DNA of 39,790 nucleotides, taken from positions 1-39,790 of the IMG/VR virus record IMGVR_UViG_3300038809_000039, one strand, 5' to 3'. Every line of letters starts with the position of its first letter. Position 1 is the stretch's first letter. The position numbers were made by a program, and so were the translations under genes. This document shows, one piece after another, positions 25,787 through 34,093 of this stretch. The stretch is from a virus. Lineage: Duplodnaviria; Caudoviricetes. The notes beneath the pieces are model-generated. The model saw only the letters and a program-made list of their open reading frames with translations. It searched no databases and was not told the origin of the DNA.

Positions 25787-25872
25787 TGGCGGAAGGTGAA
25801 AGAGTCGAACCCTTACCGATACCGATAGCTCCGGGTTCAAACCGGATTGCCCGCCACTGGGCGCCACCATCC
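25787..25872 (-). tRNA. Non-canonical tRNA-Ser(UGA)-like gene with 8/4 acceptor/T fold (allo-tRNA-like)
   Basis: GGATGGTG GC GCCC-AGTGGC-GGGC AA TCCGG-TT TGA AC-CCGGA GC TATCG-GTAT-CGGTA AGGG-TTCGACT-CTTT CACCTTCC G CCA. Encoded CCA, G73 discriminator and long variable arm. Confidence 0.8.
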
Positions 25873-25880
25873 AGAAACAC

Positions 25881-25906
25881 AAAGCCCCGCATTTGGCGGG
25901 GCTTTT
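25881..25906. terminator. Bidirectional terminator hairpin just upstream of the tRNA-like gene
   Basis: AAAGCCCCGC-atttg-GCGGGGCTTTT. Confidence 0.7.
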
Positions 25907-25919
25907 CGTCGATAACTTC

Positions 25920-26222
25920 TCAACCGTGTTGCAAAAAAGGGTTGTTCTTCAAAATCTCACGATTGCGGACTCGATCAAAATATTCATAACCATCCCACGT
26001 AACTCGCACCACAACTGCTTCATCGGAATCCTTCATCTCTATGTATCCAGCATCGGCCAGCAATCGAATATGCCCATCGATCAGGTAGGCCGGCCACACG
26101 TCAAGACGTTCTGGCGGTAGGTTGTTGAATAACTCATTGGCCGACATATTCAATTCCCACGCCGCAGTTGAAATCACGCAGTGGTGAAGGATTGATGCAA
26201 GCAGGTCAGGGCTTCGTTCCAT
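25920..26222 (-). CDS. DUF2513-like winged-helix moron protein
   Basis: MERSPDLLASIL...GHIRLLADAGYIE...RVTWDGYEYFD. GAGG RBS at the reassigned start 26222. Confidence 0.7.
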   Translation of the reverse strand: MERSPDLLASILHHCVISTAAWELNMSANELFNNLPPERLDVWPAYLIDGHIRLLADAGYIEMKDSDEAVVVRVTWDGYEYFDRVRNREILKNNPFLQHG

Positions 26223-26280
26223 ATTTTCCTCATCAGCGCCGTATGCGCTTAAGGATGGTATATGAACGAGGCAAGAAGCC

Positions 26281-26304
26281 AAAACCCCAGCGCTTGGCTG
26301 GGGT
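26281..26304 (-). terminator. Probable tR'-like terminator downstream of Q
   Basis: Minus strand ACCCCAGC-caagc-GCTGGGGT-TTT, about 80 bp after the Q stop. Confidence 0.55.
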
Positions 26305-26383
26305 CTGATTGTGTGGGTGTCGCGCTGAATGCGTTGAACACCGTGCCATGAAAACAGGTGTTTATCCGCCCGCATAGAACTTT

Positions 26384-26770
26384 TTAAGCAGCTTCGCGAA
26401 AAGACTCCAAAGCGGAATCTACCCAGGCCACGCCCTGCTTGATGATCTCCCTCGCCTTGCGCTCGGCCATCCCATACTTCTCGCCTATCCGCGCCGATGT
26501 CCATTTTGACCCGTAGTACAGCCAGACAAAATCCCCCATCTGCTGGTTGCGCTTGATCAGGCGAGCAATGATCGAGTCGACGACCATTGCAGCGTCATCG
26601 GTGATGACATAGCTCAGTTGATCGTCGCAGGGGTTGGCCTGGGCGATCACCGACGCGAGCTGTGACACATAGCGCGGCACGCCCATCCCTGACATCCGCC
26701 AACTGCCCCACTGCTCCAACAGATATTCGGTATCGCCCAGCGGCTTGTCGGTGTAGGTACGTTTTTTCAT
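26384..26770 (-). CDS. Q: Late antiterminator Q
   Basis: LLEQWGSWR, ITDDAAMVVD, C-terminal HTH and GVAWVD. Sits before the late operon. Confidence 0.88.
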   Translation of the reverse strand: MKKRTYTDKPLGDTEYLLEQWGSWRMSGMGVPRYVSQLASVIAQANPCDDQLSYVITDDAAMVVDSIIARLIKRNQQMGDFVWLYYGSKWTSARIGEKYGMAERKAREIIKQGVAWVDSALESFREAA

Positions 26771-27054
26771 GCCGCTTTCCTCGGATCTGGTTCGTTGTTC
26801 AGGCCAAGCAGATCGCGAAGCATCTTGTCGGCGTGTTTGTTTTTGGCGTTGCCCTCAAGTACCCACGCTTTCGCGTAGGCCTCGAACCCGATATGGCCGA
26901 GTGTGCCATGCCAGTCCGCAACGATATCCATCAGAGCCGCCGAGGCGATTCGCCCGTTGGTTTGCTCCAGCAGCATCCGGTTACCCATCTTGAGAAACTT
27001 GCACTCGACCTGGGTCAAGCTTTTGCGCGGCAGTGCCGCAGTCACGTTATTCAT
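26767..27054 (-). CDS. Hypothetical phage protein
   Basis: MNNVTAALPRK start with AGGAG RBS; stop overlaps the Q start. Confidence 0.7.
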   Translation of the reverse strand: MNNVTAALPRKSLTQVECKFLKMGNRMLLEQTNGRIASAALMDIVADWHGTLGHIGFEAYAKAWVLEGNAKNKHADKMLRDLLGLNNEPDPRKAA

Positions 27055-28393
27055 TGCTGTCTCCTGGCTGAGCGGAGGAGCCTTTTGCAATTTGGCTCCT
27101 CCCTTGGGATGGAAGTTGATTCGCTCTGTAAGCCACGGATTCACTGACCTGCGCTGTCTTAGTCGTGGTTTCCTGTCCCGCATATGTCCCACCGTGAAGC
27201 AGGGCAAAACCTTGGCTGTCGAGGTGCTGATGCCATGCCTCCAGCGCCTTGCGCTTCATGCCTTCGGCGGTGGTGTGGATGTAGGTCGCATCTAGGTCTT
27301 TCATGGCATGGTTGAGCAGCATCTCGCCGACCATGTAATCGACGCCCAGATCAGCCCACGCGGTGCGGGCGACCTTGCGCAGGTCATGGCTCGACCACTC
27401 GCCCTTGCTCACGCTGGTGAACACCGTGCACGCCTTGCTGGGGCTCAATGCCGACCCGTTGCTGCCGGGAAACAGGAACGGGCCGCTGTAGCCGTTTGCG
27501 AGCTGTCGAGCCCGGTAACGCTGTAGGAGCGCGCAGGCCTGTTCGGTCAGCGGCAGGGTGTGCTCGGCCTTGGTCTTCGTGTCGCTGGCGGGGATGAACC
27601 ACTGGCGGGTCACGAGGTTGAGGTTCTTCCAGCGGGCCAGCCGGGTTTCCCCCAACCGTGTGCCGTGACAGAGCATCATCAGCGGCAGCATGGCCTGCAC
27701 CGGCACGGCGTCGAGGTGCTCAGCGAACTTCTGTAGGAGTGGGGGCAGGTCATCACCGCGCAACCGCGCCGCCTTGGGCCTGATCCGTGTCCGGACGAAG
27801 TCGGTGAACTTGAGATCCGCCATCGGGCTGACATCGATCAGCTTCAGCCGAGCGGCTTGCCGAAACGAGGCCGCCAGCACGCCGTAAACCGAGCGCACGA
27901 ACGACAGCGCGTATTTCTCCTGCAGGGGCCACATCAGCAAGCGATCAAGCGAGGACCGATTGAGGCTGGCCAACTCCAGATCGTCAAGGCGTGGCACCAG
28001 GTGACAGCGCAGCGCCGACTGCGCGCTGGCCTTGCGTTTGGCCGACAAGCCACGATCGCGCGTCATCCGGTCGGTGTACCAGGTCAGCACGTCGCCGACG
28101 GTGCGCCAGCTGGTGGTGGTCGACGCCGCGGTCGAGTCCACGGCTCGGCGCGCGAGGATGTCCGGCAGCGTGGCCTGCATCAGCTTGGCGTTGATCCCAG
28201 GATAACTTCCGGCCTTGCCCCACTTGCCGGCCACCACGACATGCCAAACGCCCTTGGCGCGGTCGACGGTCGAATAGCGGAAGCGCAGCTGCGGATAGCG
28301 AGGATCGCGCAGCTGACGGGCGTTGCCGCTCGCCTGCTTGCGGATCTCGGCGTCGGTGATGGTGACGTGAACGGTCAAGCCTTGGTTATTCAT
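27047..28393 (-). CDS. Second tyrosine recombinase, in the replication/nin region
   Basis: Complete catalytic set: GTRLGE (R), TKTK (K), HDLRK (HxxR), LLNH (H), ATY (Y). Start MNNQGL overlaps the dnaB stop. Confidence 0.88.
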   Translation of the reverse strand: MNNQGLTVHVTITDAEIRKQASGNARQLRDPRYPQLRFRYSTVDRAKGVWHVVVAGKWGKAGSYPGINAKLMQATLPDILARRAVDSTAASTTTSWRTVGDVLTWYTDRMTRDRGLSAKRKASAQSALRCHLVPRLDDLELASLNRSSLDRLLMWPLQEKYALSFVRSVYGVLAASFRQAARLKLIDVSPMADLKFTDFVRTRIRPKAARLRGDDLPPLLQKFAEHLDAVPVQAMLPLMMLCHGTRLGETRLARWKNLNLVTRQWFIPASDTKTKAEHTLPLTEQACALLQRYRARQLANGYSGPFLFPGSNGSALSPSKACTVFTSVSKGEWSSHDLRKVARTAWADLGVDYMVGEMLLNHAMKDLDATYIHTTAEGMKRKALEAWHQHLDSQGFALLHGGTYAGQETTTKTAQVSESVAYRANQLPSQGRSQIAKGSSAQPGDSNE

Positions 28394-29762
28394 CGCCAGA
28401 CCTCCCTCGATAACCGCGCGCCGCAAACTGACGACCGATCTCGACGTCCTCATCAGTGGCGTAGGCATTACCGGCGAAATCGACGAACCGGCCGTACTCC
28501 CCCTGCTGCTGAACCACGCAGCTGCCAACTTTCGCATGACGGCATTTGGGCATGATTATTTCAGTGACGCCGTTCTGCCCCTCCTCGCTGTCCGGATCGC
28601 GATGAACCAGCAGGATGCAGCTGGCGTCTGCTTCGATCTCTCCTGAATCGCGCAGGTCGCTGGCTTGCGGCCTTTTCCCGACGCGCTTGGTCGAGTCGCG
28701 GTTGAGCTGCGCGAGTTCGAGCACTGGAATATCCATTTCCTTGGCCAGCCTCAGCAGCGCCTTGCTTATCGCTCCGACCTCCTCGCTCCGGCTGCGTCCT
28801 TTGCGCTCTGACTGAATCAGCCCCAAGTAATCCACCACAATCCCCGCCAGACCGTGTTCCCTTTGGCATTGCCGGGCGGTGGCCCGAATTGTCGCGGGAG
28901 TTTGAACGGGGTCATCGCAGACATACAGCGGCGCCTCATGTGCCAGCGCCACGGCGTTGACCATGTTCCCCCAGTCGGTGTTGGTCAGCTTATCGGGGTT
29001 GTCCAGTCGACGCAGATCCACACCACCGATGGATGCGATGGCGCGCAGCCCCAACTCCTCGCCCGGCATTTCGATGGAAAACACCAGCCAAGGCTTTCTG
29101 GCAACCCTGGCGTTGTGTTGGGCGATCTGCAAAGCCAATGTGGTTTTACCGCTGCCGGGCAGACCAGCGATGACCGTTATTTTTTTCGGGCGTAAGCCTT
29201 GAATCAGCTCGTCAAGCTTTACAAGGCTGGTAGTTGGCCAGGACGGCGCGCGCCCTTTGTGCTTGTCATCGACGGTTTCAGCGGCCTGCCCCATCAAGTG
29301 ATCAAGCCTCTGGTACTTCGGCGCATCGCTTTCGAGATCACGCAGGTCAGCCGTTGCCTGCTGCGCCATGGCTATCACCTGCGCAACGGGCAGATCGTCA
29401 TTGACTGTATCGCGGATGATGTCAGCGGCATCCAGCACACGGCGCAGGGCGGCACGCTCCAGCACGACCCGAGCATAGGCTCGCCAGTTCGCTACGCTGG
29501 CCACGTTCTTGGCGATCTCGGCGGCATAACCCAGCAAGCTGTCACCGCTCGGAAGAGCTGGCCGATGGATGCCGACCGTCACCACGTCAATGGGTTGCCC
29601 AGAGTTATGCGTATCGATGATCGCTTCATACAGCGCGGCGTTTGCTTCTGCGTAGAAATCTCCAGTGTTCAGCTTGCTGGTGATTTCGTCCAACAGATCC
29701 GGGGCGTGCAGCAATGCGCCCAGTACGCCGTGCTCTGCCTCGATGCTGTAGAGCTCCCTCAT
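28386..29762 (-). CDS. dnaB: Replicative DNA helicase, DnaB family
   Basis: SIEAEHGVLG, AGLPGSGKT, FSIEM, VVDYLGL, LAQLNR and SDLRDSGEIEADA. Start at 29762 (ATGA overlap). Confidence 0.93.
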   Translation of the reverse strand: MRELYSIEAEHGVLGALLHAPDLLDEITSKLNTGDFYAEANAALYEAIIDTHNSGQPIDVVTVGIHRPALPSGDSLLGYAAEIAKNVASVANWRAYARVVLERAALRRVLDAADIIRDTVNDDLPVAQVIAMAQQATADLRDLESDAPKYQRLDHLMGQAAETVDDKHKGRAPSWPTTSLVKLDELIQGLRPKKITVIAGLPGSGKTTLALQIAQHNARVARKPWLVFSIEMPGEELGLRAIASIGGVDLRRLDNPDKLTNTDWGNMVNAVALAHEAPLYVCDDPVQTPATIRATARQCQREHGLAGIVVDYLGLIQSERKGRSRSEEVGAISKALLRLAKEMDIPVLELAQLNRDSTKRVGKRPQASDLRDSGEIEADASCILLVHRDPDSEEGQNGVTEIIMPKCRHAKVGSCVVQQQGEYGRFVDFAGNAYATDEDVEIGRQFAARGYRGRSGDE

Positions 29763-30541
29763 ACAGCACCTCGCGCAGATTCCCAGCGGAACAGCACGGC
29801 GATACCGCCCTTGTCGCGAAGCCGGTCTACGGCGCGATCGCCCAGACACTGGCGCAGATCGGCCATGCCGAGGTTGCTAACCACGATCGTGGGTTTCAGC
29901 TGCTCATACCGCCCATTGATCACCTCGAAAAGCACAGTGCGCTCGAAGTCGGTGCCGTGTTGAACACCTACCTCGTCGATAACCAGCAGGTGAGGCTCGA
30001 CCAGATCGGCGTAGACCTGTGACTCGGTTTTGTTGTGGGAGCCAAACGTTTCTTTCACGGACCGAATGATGCCGCCAGCTGTGGTGTACTGGCCGATCAG
30101 CCCCTGAGAGCCGAAATTGCGGATGATCTGCTGCAGCATCCCGGTGGCGAGGTGAGTCTTGCCGGTACCGACCTTGCCCAGCAGCATCATCGAGCGGCCG
30201 AGTCGGAAGTTTTCGCTGAACGCGTCGACGAAACCGGTCGCTGTGTGCCAAGCACGCAACTTTTCCTCGCTGTTTCCGGCAGCCCAGGTATCAAGCGAGC
30301 AGGTCTGAAAGCGCGGCGGGATCCCGGCCCCGAGCAGGCGTTCGTTCATGATCCTGTCACGGTGAATCGTCACGCCGGCCGTGCGGGTTTCGTATTCCAG
30401 CGCGTGGCGTTTGTCGAACTGGCAGCGCGGGCAGCCGTACCATATCGGGTTCGCACCGAACTGCTCGACCAGAGAGTCGGTGAACTGGCCATGGTCAGCG
30501 CACTCACGCGGCGCGGTGTCGATGGTGTACTTAATTATCAT
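29759..30541 (-). CDS. DnaC/IstB-like helicase loader ATPase
   Basis: N-terminal CxxH...CxxC, GKVGTGKTHLA, LLVIDEVG and DRAVDRL. Confidence 0.92.
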   Translation of the reverse strand: MIIKYTIDTAPRECADHGQFTDSLVEQFGANPIWYGCPRCQFDKRHALEYETRTAGVTIHRDRIMNERLLGAGIPPRFQTCSLDTWAAGNSEEKLRAWHTATGFVDAFSENFRLGRSMMLLGKVGTGKTHLATGMLQQIIRNFGSQGLIGQYTTAGGIIRSVKETFGSHNKTESQVYADLVEPHLLVIDEVGVQHGTDFERTVLFEVINGRYEQLKPTIVVSNLGMADLRQCLGDRAVDRLRDKGGIAVLFRWESARGAV

Positions 30542-31275
30542 TGGCCGCTCCCAGAGATTCGGAAATTGCCGTGCGCGTCCCGCTCCAGGCCTTCCTCGTA
30601 GTCGATGTGGTCAAGGTTGATATGGGTAGACGGCTTGCCAGAGACTGCTCCGCCTGCGGGTTGCAGAACGTCTTCCCAGCGCTGGCCGTTGATCCAGGTT
30701 GTTGGATGAGGGATGTACTGACCGCCACTCTTGAGCCAGTCGACGCTTTGCCGTTGACGAGCAAGTGCACCGACGATCACCGAAAACAGTTCGTCAGTGA
30801 TGTCGAGCTTGTGCCATGCCTTCTCTGCTTTCGCTTTATCTACCTTGCGTGGGTACAGTTTCCAGAACTGGGCAAACTGCTCATTTGAGACAGATTTGCT
30901 CATAGGTTTAGGTTCCTTGACTGGTTCAGAAGAGTGACTGGTTCTGGGGGCAGATTCCGCCCCACCCCCTCGGGCAGATTCCGCCCCAGGTAGGGCAGCT
31001 CCCGCCCCACCCTCTAGCGCCAGGTGGAACAAGTTCGACTGGTTAAGTTCGCCTTTGCGACGAAACTCGCGGCGGAGTAATCCGGCCTGCTCAAGCTCGC
31101 GAATGTGCACCTTGACCGTGGATCGGCTGATCTCGCATTGATCTGCGATGTGCTGATAGGACGGCCAGCATTCCCCCTGATCACTCGCGTTATCGGCCAG
31201 CTTGATGAGAACCAGCTTGCGCAGTGGATGGCCGACCTTAGTCTTCATGGCCTTTACCATCAGTTCCATGCTCAT
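30538..31275 (-). CDS. Replication initiator (HTH_36-type, lambda O analogue)
   Basis: KLVLIKLADNA...CWPSYQHIADQCE; C-terminal FWKLYPRK...PHPTTWING. Confidence 0.9.
   Translation of the reverse strand: MSMELMVKAMKTKVGHPLRKLVLIKLADNASDQGECWPSYQHIADQCEISRSTVKVHIRELEQAGLLRREFRRKGELNQSNLFHLALEGGAGAALPGAESARGGGAESAPRTSHSSEPVKEPKPMSKSVSNEQFAQFWKLYPRKVDKAKAEKAWHKLDITDELFSVIVGALARQRQSVDWLKSGGQYIPHPTTWINGQRWEDVLQPAGGAVSGKPSTHINLDHIDYEEGLERDAHGNFRISGSGQ
30948..31009. repeat. Three 17-bp iteron-like repeats (probable phage origin)
   Basis: GGGCAGATTCCGCCCCA at 30948 and 30972 and GGGCAGCTCCCGCCCCA at 30993, all inside the initiator gene. Confidence 0.8.
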
Positions 31276-31865
31276 TGCAGGGTCTCCCCGTTACGGCGAG
31301 CGACATAGGCAGCCATCGATTCGATACCGCCAGACATGCGCAGCACAAGCTGCCTCAGCGCCGTCGTCGCGTTGATCGCTTCAACGGCCATGGTTGCGGC
31401 GATCCGAGCGTTGTTCGCTGCGAGCGTGGCGTTCGTGCCCAAGCGGATCTGGTCGCTGTGATTGAACGCTGCGCATGCGAGGGCGAGATTGGTGTGTGAC
31501 TCGAAATACTCAGGCGGCAGGGGTTGCGTGATCGATCCGACAATGGGAATGCTCATGTCTACAGGCGGCCCCCCTTCCAGAAGATGCTTCGTCATCGCGG
31601 TCGAATGATCATCTGAGACCTTTCTGGCGTCATGTCCTGTCTTCCGCTTGAACAGCACCTTCAAAGCCCACAGCGCCTCAATTAGGCCGATGTGAGTGTC
31701 GTCCTCCATTTCGATCGAGTACTCGGGGTCACATATGACTTCCAGGGCGGCGCTCACCATTTCGAAACACTTCAACAGCAACGCCGCATCGGCGTACTTC
31801 TCGAAGTAGGCTTCGTCGATTACCTCTGGCTCTTCGGTATTCGGAAATTTCAAAATGTTGGTCAC
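31272..31865 (-). CDS. Hypothetical phage protein
   Basis: Translationally coupled on both sides by 4-bp overlaps. Confidence 0.7.
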   Translation of the reverse strand: MTNILKFPNTEEPEVIDEAYFEKYADAALLLKCFEMVSAALEVICDPEYSIEMEDDTHIGLIEALWALKVLFKRKTGHDARKVSDDHSTAMTKHLLEGGPPVDMSIPIVGSITQPLPPEYFESHTNLALACAAFNHSDQIRLGTNATLAANNARIAATMAVEAINATTALRQLVLRMSGGIESMAAYVARRNGETLQ

Positions 31866-32623
31866 GATTGCACCTTCTGGACCAGGCGGAACCGGCCCTC
31901 AAAATATGGGTTAGTTGCCTGCATGGCAGAGACCATCTGCGATTCGGAAACAAAGCGGTTGAATGCCGCGAGCACGTCGGTTTTGTGCCAAACGACATAC
32001 TGGCTGCCCTTGGCGTCTTCATGGCCGTTACGGACCATGCCGGCCTGCTTGGGCAGGTGCGGCCACTGCTGCAGAACGAACGCCACTACGGCGCCAGATA
32101 AGCCAAACCGCTTGTTCATTGATTGCTTGATGCGCCCCAGAGGCACGCAGTTCTGCGGGCAGTGATCCCAGACTCGCTGTTCAGCGATAACTTCAACCCG
32201 GCGTTCGATGCGCTCCAGCGCCGCCTGCTGTTCCGCCTGCTGTCGTTCGATGGTGATCACCGCCTGGGCGTTAGCCAGGAGTTGCTCACCCGGCGTCATC
32301 GGTCGCTGATAACTCCCAGTCTTGCGGATTGACGGCAACACCTCACCCACGACCCACTCTTCGAATGCCTCGGCGGCAGGGAGACGGGACCGCATGACAA
32401 GGCGATAGATGTCACGCTCCGGCATCACCTTCGTCAGCTGCTCGCCCCCGGCAGAAGGGGTGAGCATTTCCCTCACCCCTTTGCAGTGGGTGCGGATCGC
32501 TTCGTGAGGATTGGCGTACTCAAGCAGGTCGGCGACATCCTTGGCGATGAACCAGGGCTCGCCATGCTCATCGGTGATCACGCGAATGTCGGCGCCGTTG
32601 AAGTTGAACGGGATCAGGTCCAT
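31862..32623 (-). CDS. BRO-N domain antirepressor-like protein
   Basis: FNFNGADIRVI...PWFIAKDVADLLEY...YRLVMRSRLPAAEAFEEWVVGEVLPSIRKTGSY. Confidence 0.9.
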   Translation of the reverse strand: MDLIPFNFNGADIRVITDEHGEPWFIAKDVADLLEYANPHEAIRTHCKGVREMLTPSAGGEQLTKVMPERDIYRLVMRSRLPAAEAFEEWVVGEVLPSIRKTGSYQRPMTPGEQLLANAQAVITIERQQAEQQAALERIERRVEVIAEQRVWDHCPQNCVPLGRIKQSMNKRFGLSGAVVAFVLQQWPHLPKQAGMVRNGHEDAKGSQYVVWHKTDVLAAFNRFVSESQMVSAMQATNPYFEGRFRLVQKVQS

Positions 32624-33021
32624 TGGCTGTGCTCCTCTTTCACGAACGGCAGCGCTCCAGCGGCGATGGCTCGCATACCCAGGATTGCCAAGGCAGCAAT
32701 GCCATGGGAGAACCCGTGCTCAGCGCCACCGCCAGGACGCCATCCGGTACAACCGAGCGCGCACCAGATCGCATCGAAGGCTTCGACTTCACTTGCTTGC
32801 CGGAGCTGGTGCAGTTCGGCCACCATCGCCTCACCCTGGCGAGCCTCGATGTTCCATTGATTGATCTGCGACGGCACACGCTCGGGGAGCCAGTTAACGA
32901 TGCTGGGATGCTCTGGGTGTGAGGGGTTTGGCACGCGCCGGGTGAAGCTCAGATCGTCGCGCGTCATCGAAGGGATAGCGGTCTTCCGTGAACGCCTGGA
33001 CTTAGGGATGCTGGCTTTCAT
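32614..33021 (-). CDS. Hypothetical phage protein
   Basis: Coupled ORF in the early-right operon. Confidence 0.65.
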   Translation of the reverse strand: MKASIPKSRRSRKTAIPSMTRDDLSFTRRVPNPSHPEHPSIVNWLPERVPSQINQWNIEARQGEAMVAELHQLRQASEVEAFDAIWCALGCTGWRPGGGAEHGFSHGIAALAILGMRAIAAGALPFVKEEHSQWT

Positions 33022-33311
33022 GCCTCGCCCTCCACGTCCGCGCCACGCTTTGCAACCTCGGCGTCTTGTGGCGCGGATTCGCTCAGCTCTTTGAAATCGG
33101 AGATAGCGCTGTGCACTCCACTGAAGCCGGTGTCGCTCAAAAAAGCCGCAAGCTGTGCCGGGTGTGCAGCGTACTTACCGCGACCGTGGGAATGGTCGAG
33201 CTGGATGGCACTTGCGAGCGCCGTCAGCCAGTTGAGTTGATCAGCGGCAACGATAAGCTGAAACTCTGCGTCAGCCGCCAGTTCCTGAATGGTTGGGAGC
33301 GAGTTGTTCAC
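33018..33311 (-). CDS. Hypothetical phage protein
   Basis: Coupled ORF with GGAGG RBS. Confidence 0.65.
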   Translation of the reverse strand: MNNSLPTIQELAADAEFQLIVAADQLNWLTALASAIQLDHSHGRGKYAAHPAQLAAFLSDTGFSGVHSAISDFKELSESAPQDAEVAKRGADVEGEA

Positions 33312-33620
33312 TTAGATGCCCTCCTTCGCCGCACGCGTCATAGCCAGATCAGCCGCGCAGGTAAGCGCATGAATCGTATCGCTGAGGAACGCCAATACCT
33401 TGAGCTCGCTGGTAAAAACCAACTCGCCAGCGTCGGTCGACACGTTCATGTGCCGTATGAGGCCGCTCATGCCCTCGGCAAAGTCGGCAGCTCTGGCAAC
33501 AGCGTCTTCCGCCCTGCCGCCGGCCATTACAGCGAACAATTTTTGGACGCCGAGCGCCAACGGATCACCGAATTCAAGTTGGTTGACTGTCAGAGGCGCT
33601 GCAGGAAGAGGACGGGTCAC
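33312..33620 (-). CDS. DUF3077-like small helical protein
   Basis: LFAVMAGGRAEDAVARA...LAFLSDTIHAL pattern. Confidence 0.55.
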   Translation of the reverse strand: MTRPLPAAPLTVNQLEFGDPLALGVQKLFAVMAGGRAEDAVARAADFAEGMSGLIRHMNVSTDAGELVFTSELKVLAFLSDTIHALTCAADLAMTRAAKEGI

Positions 33621-33916
33621 AGGCCACCTCCTACGCGCTCAGCCTGCATCAACCCGCTGATGCAGGAATCAAGCATGGCCTTCGCGCCGATCAGATGCTC
33701 CTGAGCCAAGTAGACGGCGCTCACCTTGAGCCCGTCGTCCTCGTCAACATGATCGCGAATGAAGCTAAGCAGCTCCGACATCCGGCAAGAACTTAGCTCC
33801 AAAGCGTCAAGCACGGGCACACCGGAGCGCACAGACATCAGCTCATCAACTTGATGCTCTGTTGTAAGCGGTTGTTGCGTTACTTCTGGGGTTTTGCTAT
33901 TTTTTGGGTGCGACAT
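33617..33916 (-). CDS. DUF3077-like small helical protein
   Basis: LMSVRSGVPVLDALELSS...AKAMLDS; AGGGGA RBS. Confidence 0.6.
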   Translation of the reverse strand: MSHPKNSKTPEVTQQPLTTEHQVDELMSVRSGVPVLDALELSSCRMSELLSFIRDHVDEDDGLKVSAVYLAQEHLIGAKAMLDSCISGLMQAERVGGGL

Positions 33917-33968
33917 ATCGTTCCCCTAGAACGAAGATTCAAGAAAGTCCATTGGCGTGGACTGGATT

Positions 33969-33995
33969 AAAAGGCTCCCAGACGGGGGCCTTTTT
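33969..33995. terminator. Bidirectional terminator (tR1-like)
   Basis: AAAAGGCTCCC-agac-GGGGGCCTTTTT. Confidence 0.7.
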
Positions 33996-34093
33996 GCTGC
34001 GCGGGTGTTTTACCCAGGCCGCAAAAGGGTACCTGGCCAGCCTGTGCTATCGTTTTGATTCCACTCGAAACGACGGCCTAGGAGGCCTGGCAT

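Noticed and set aside
25787-25872. Selenocysteine or opal-suppressor tRNA
   Set aside because: On the coding (minus) strand the anticodon is UGA, which reads Ser UCA. tRNA-Sec needs anticodon UCA and an 8/5 fold.
2955-26304. Recurrent AAAAARCCCGC-n-GCGGG hairpins as a dispersed repeat family
   Set aside because: They sit at gene ends with U-tracts and are adequately explained as ordinary intrinsic terminators of the Q-controlled operon.
26223-26504. N-terminal extension of ORF 25920-26504
   Set aside because: Overlaps Q and crosses a terminator; the good RBS and family-like start are at 26222.
30948-31009. Mini-CRISPR array
   Set aside because: Repeats are 17 bp with 4-7 bp gaps, inside the initiator gene, with no cas genes; these are iterons.
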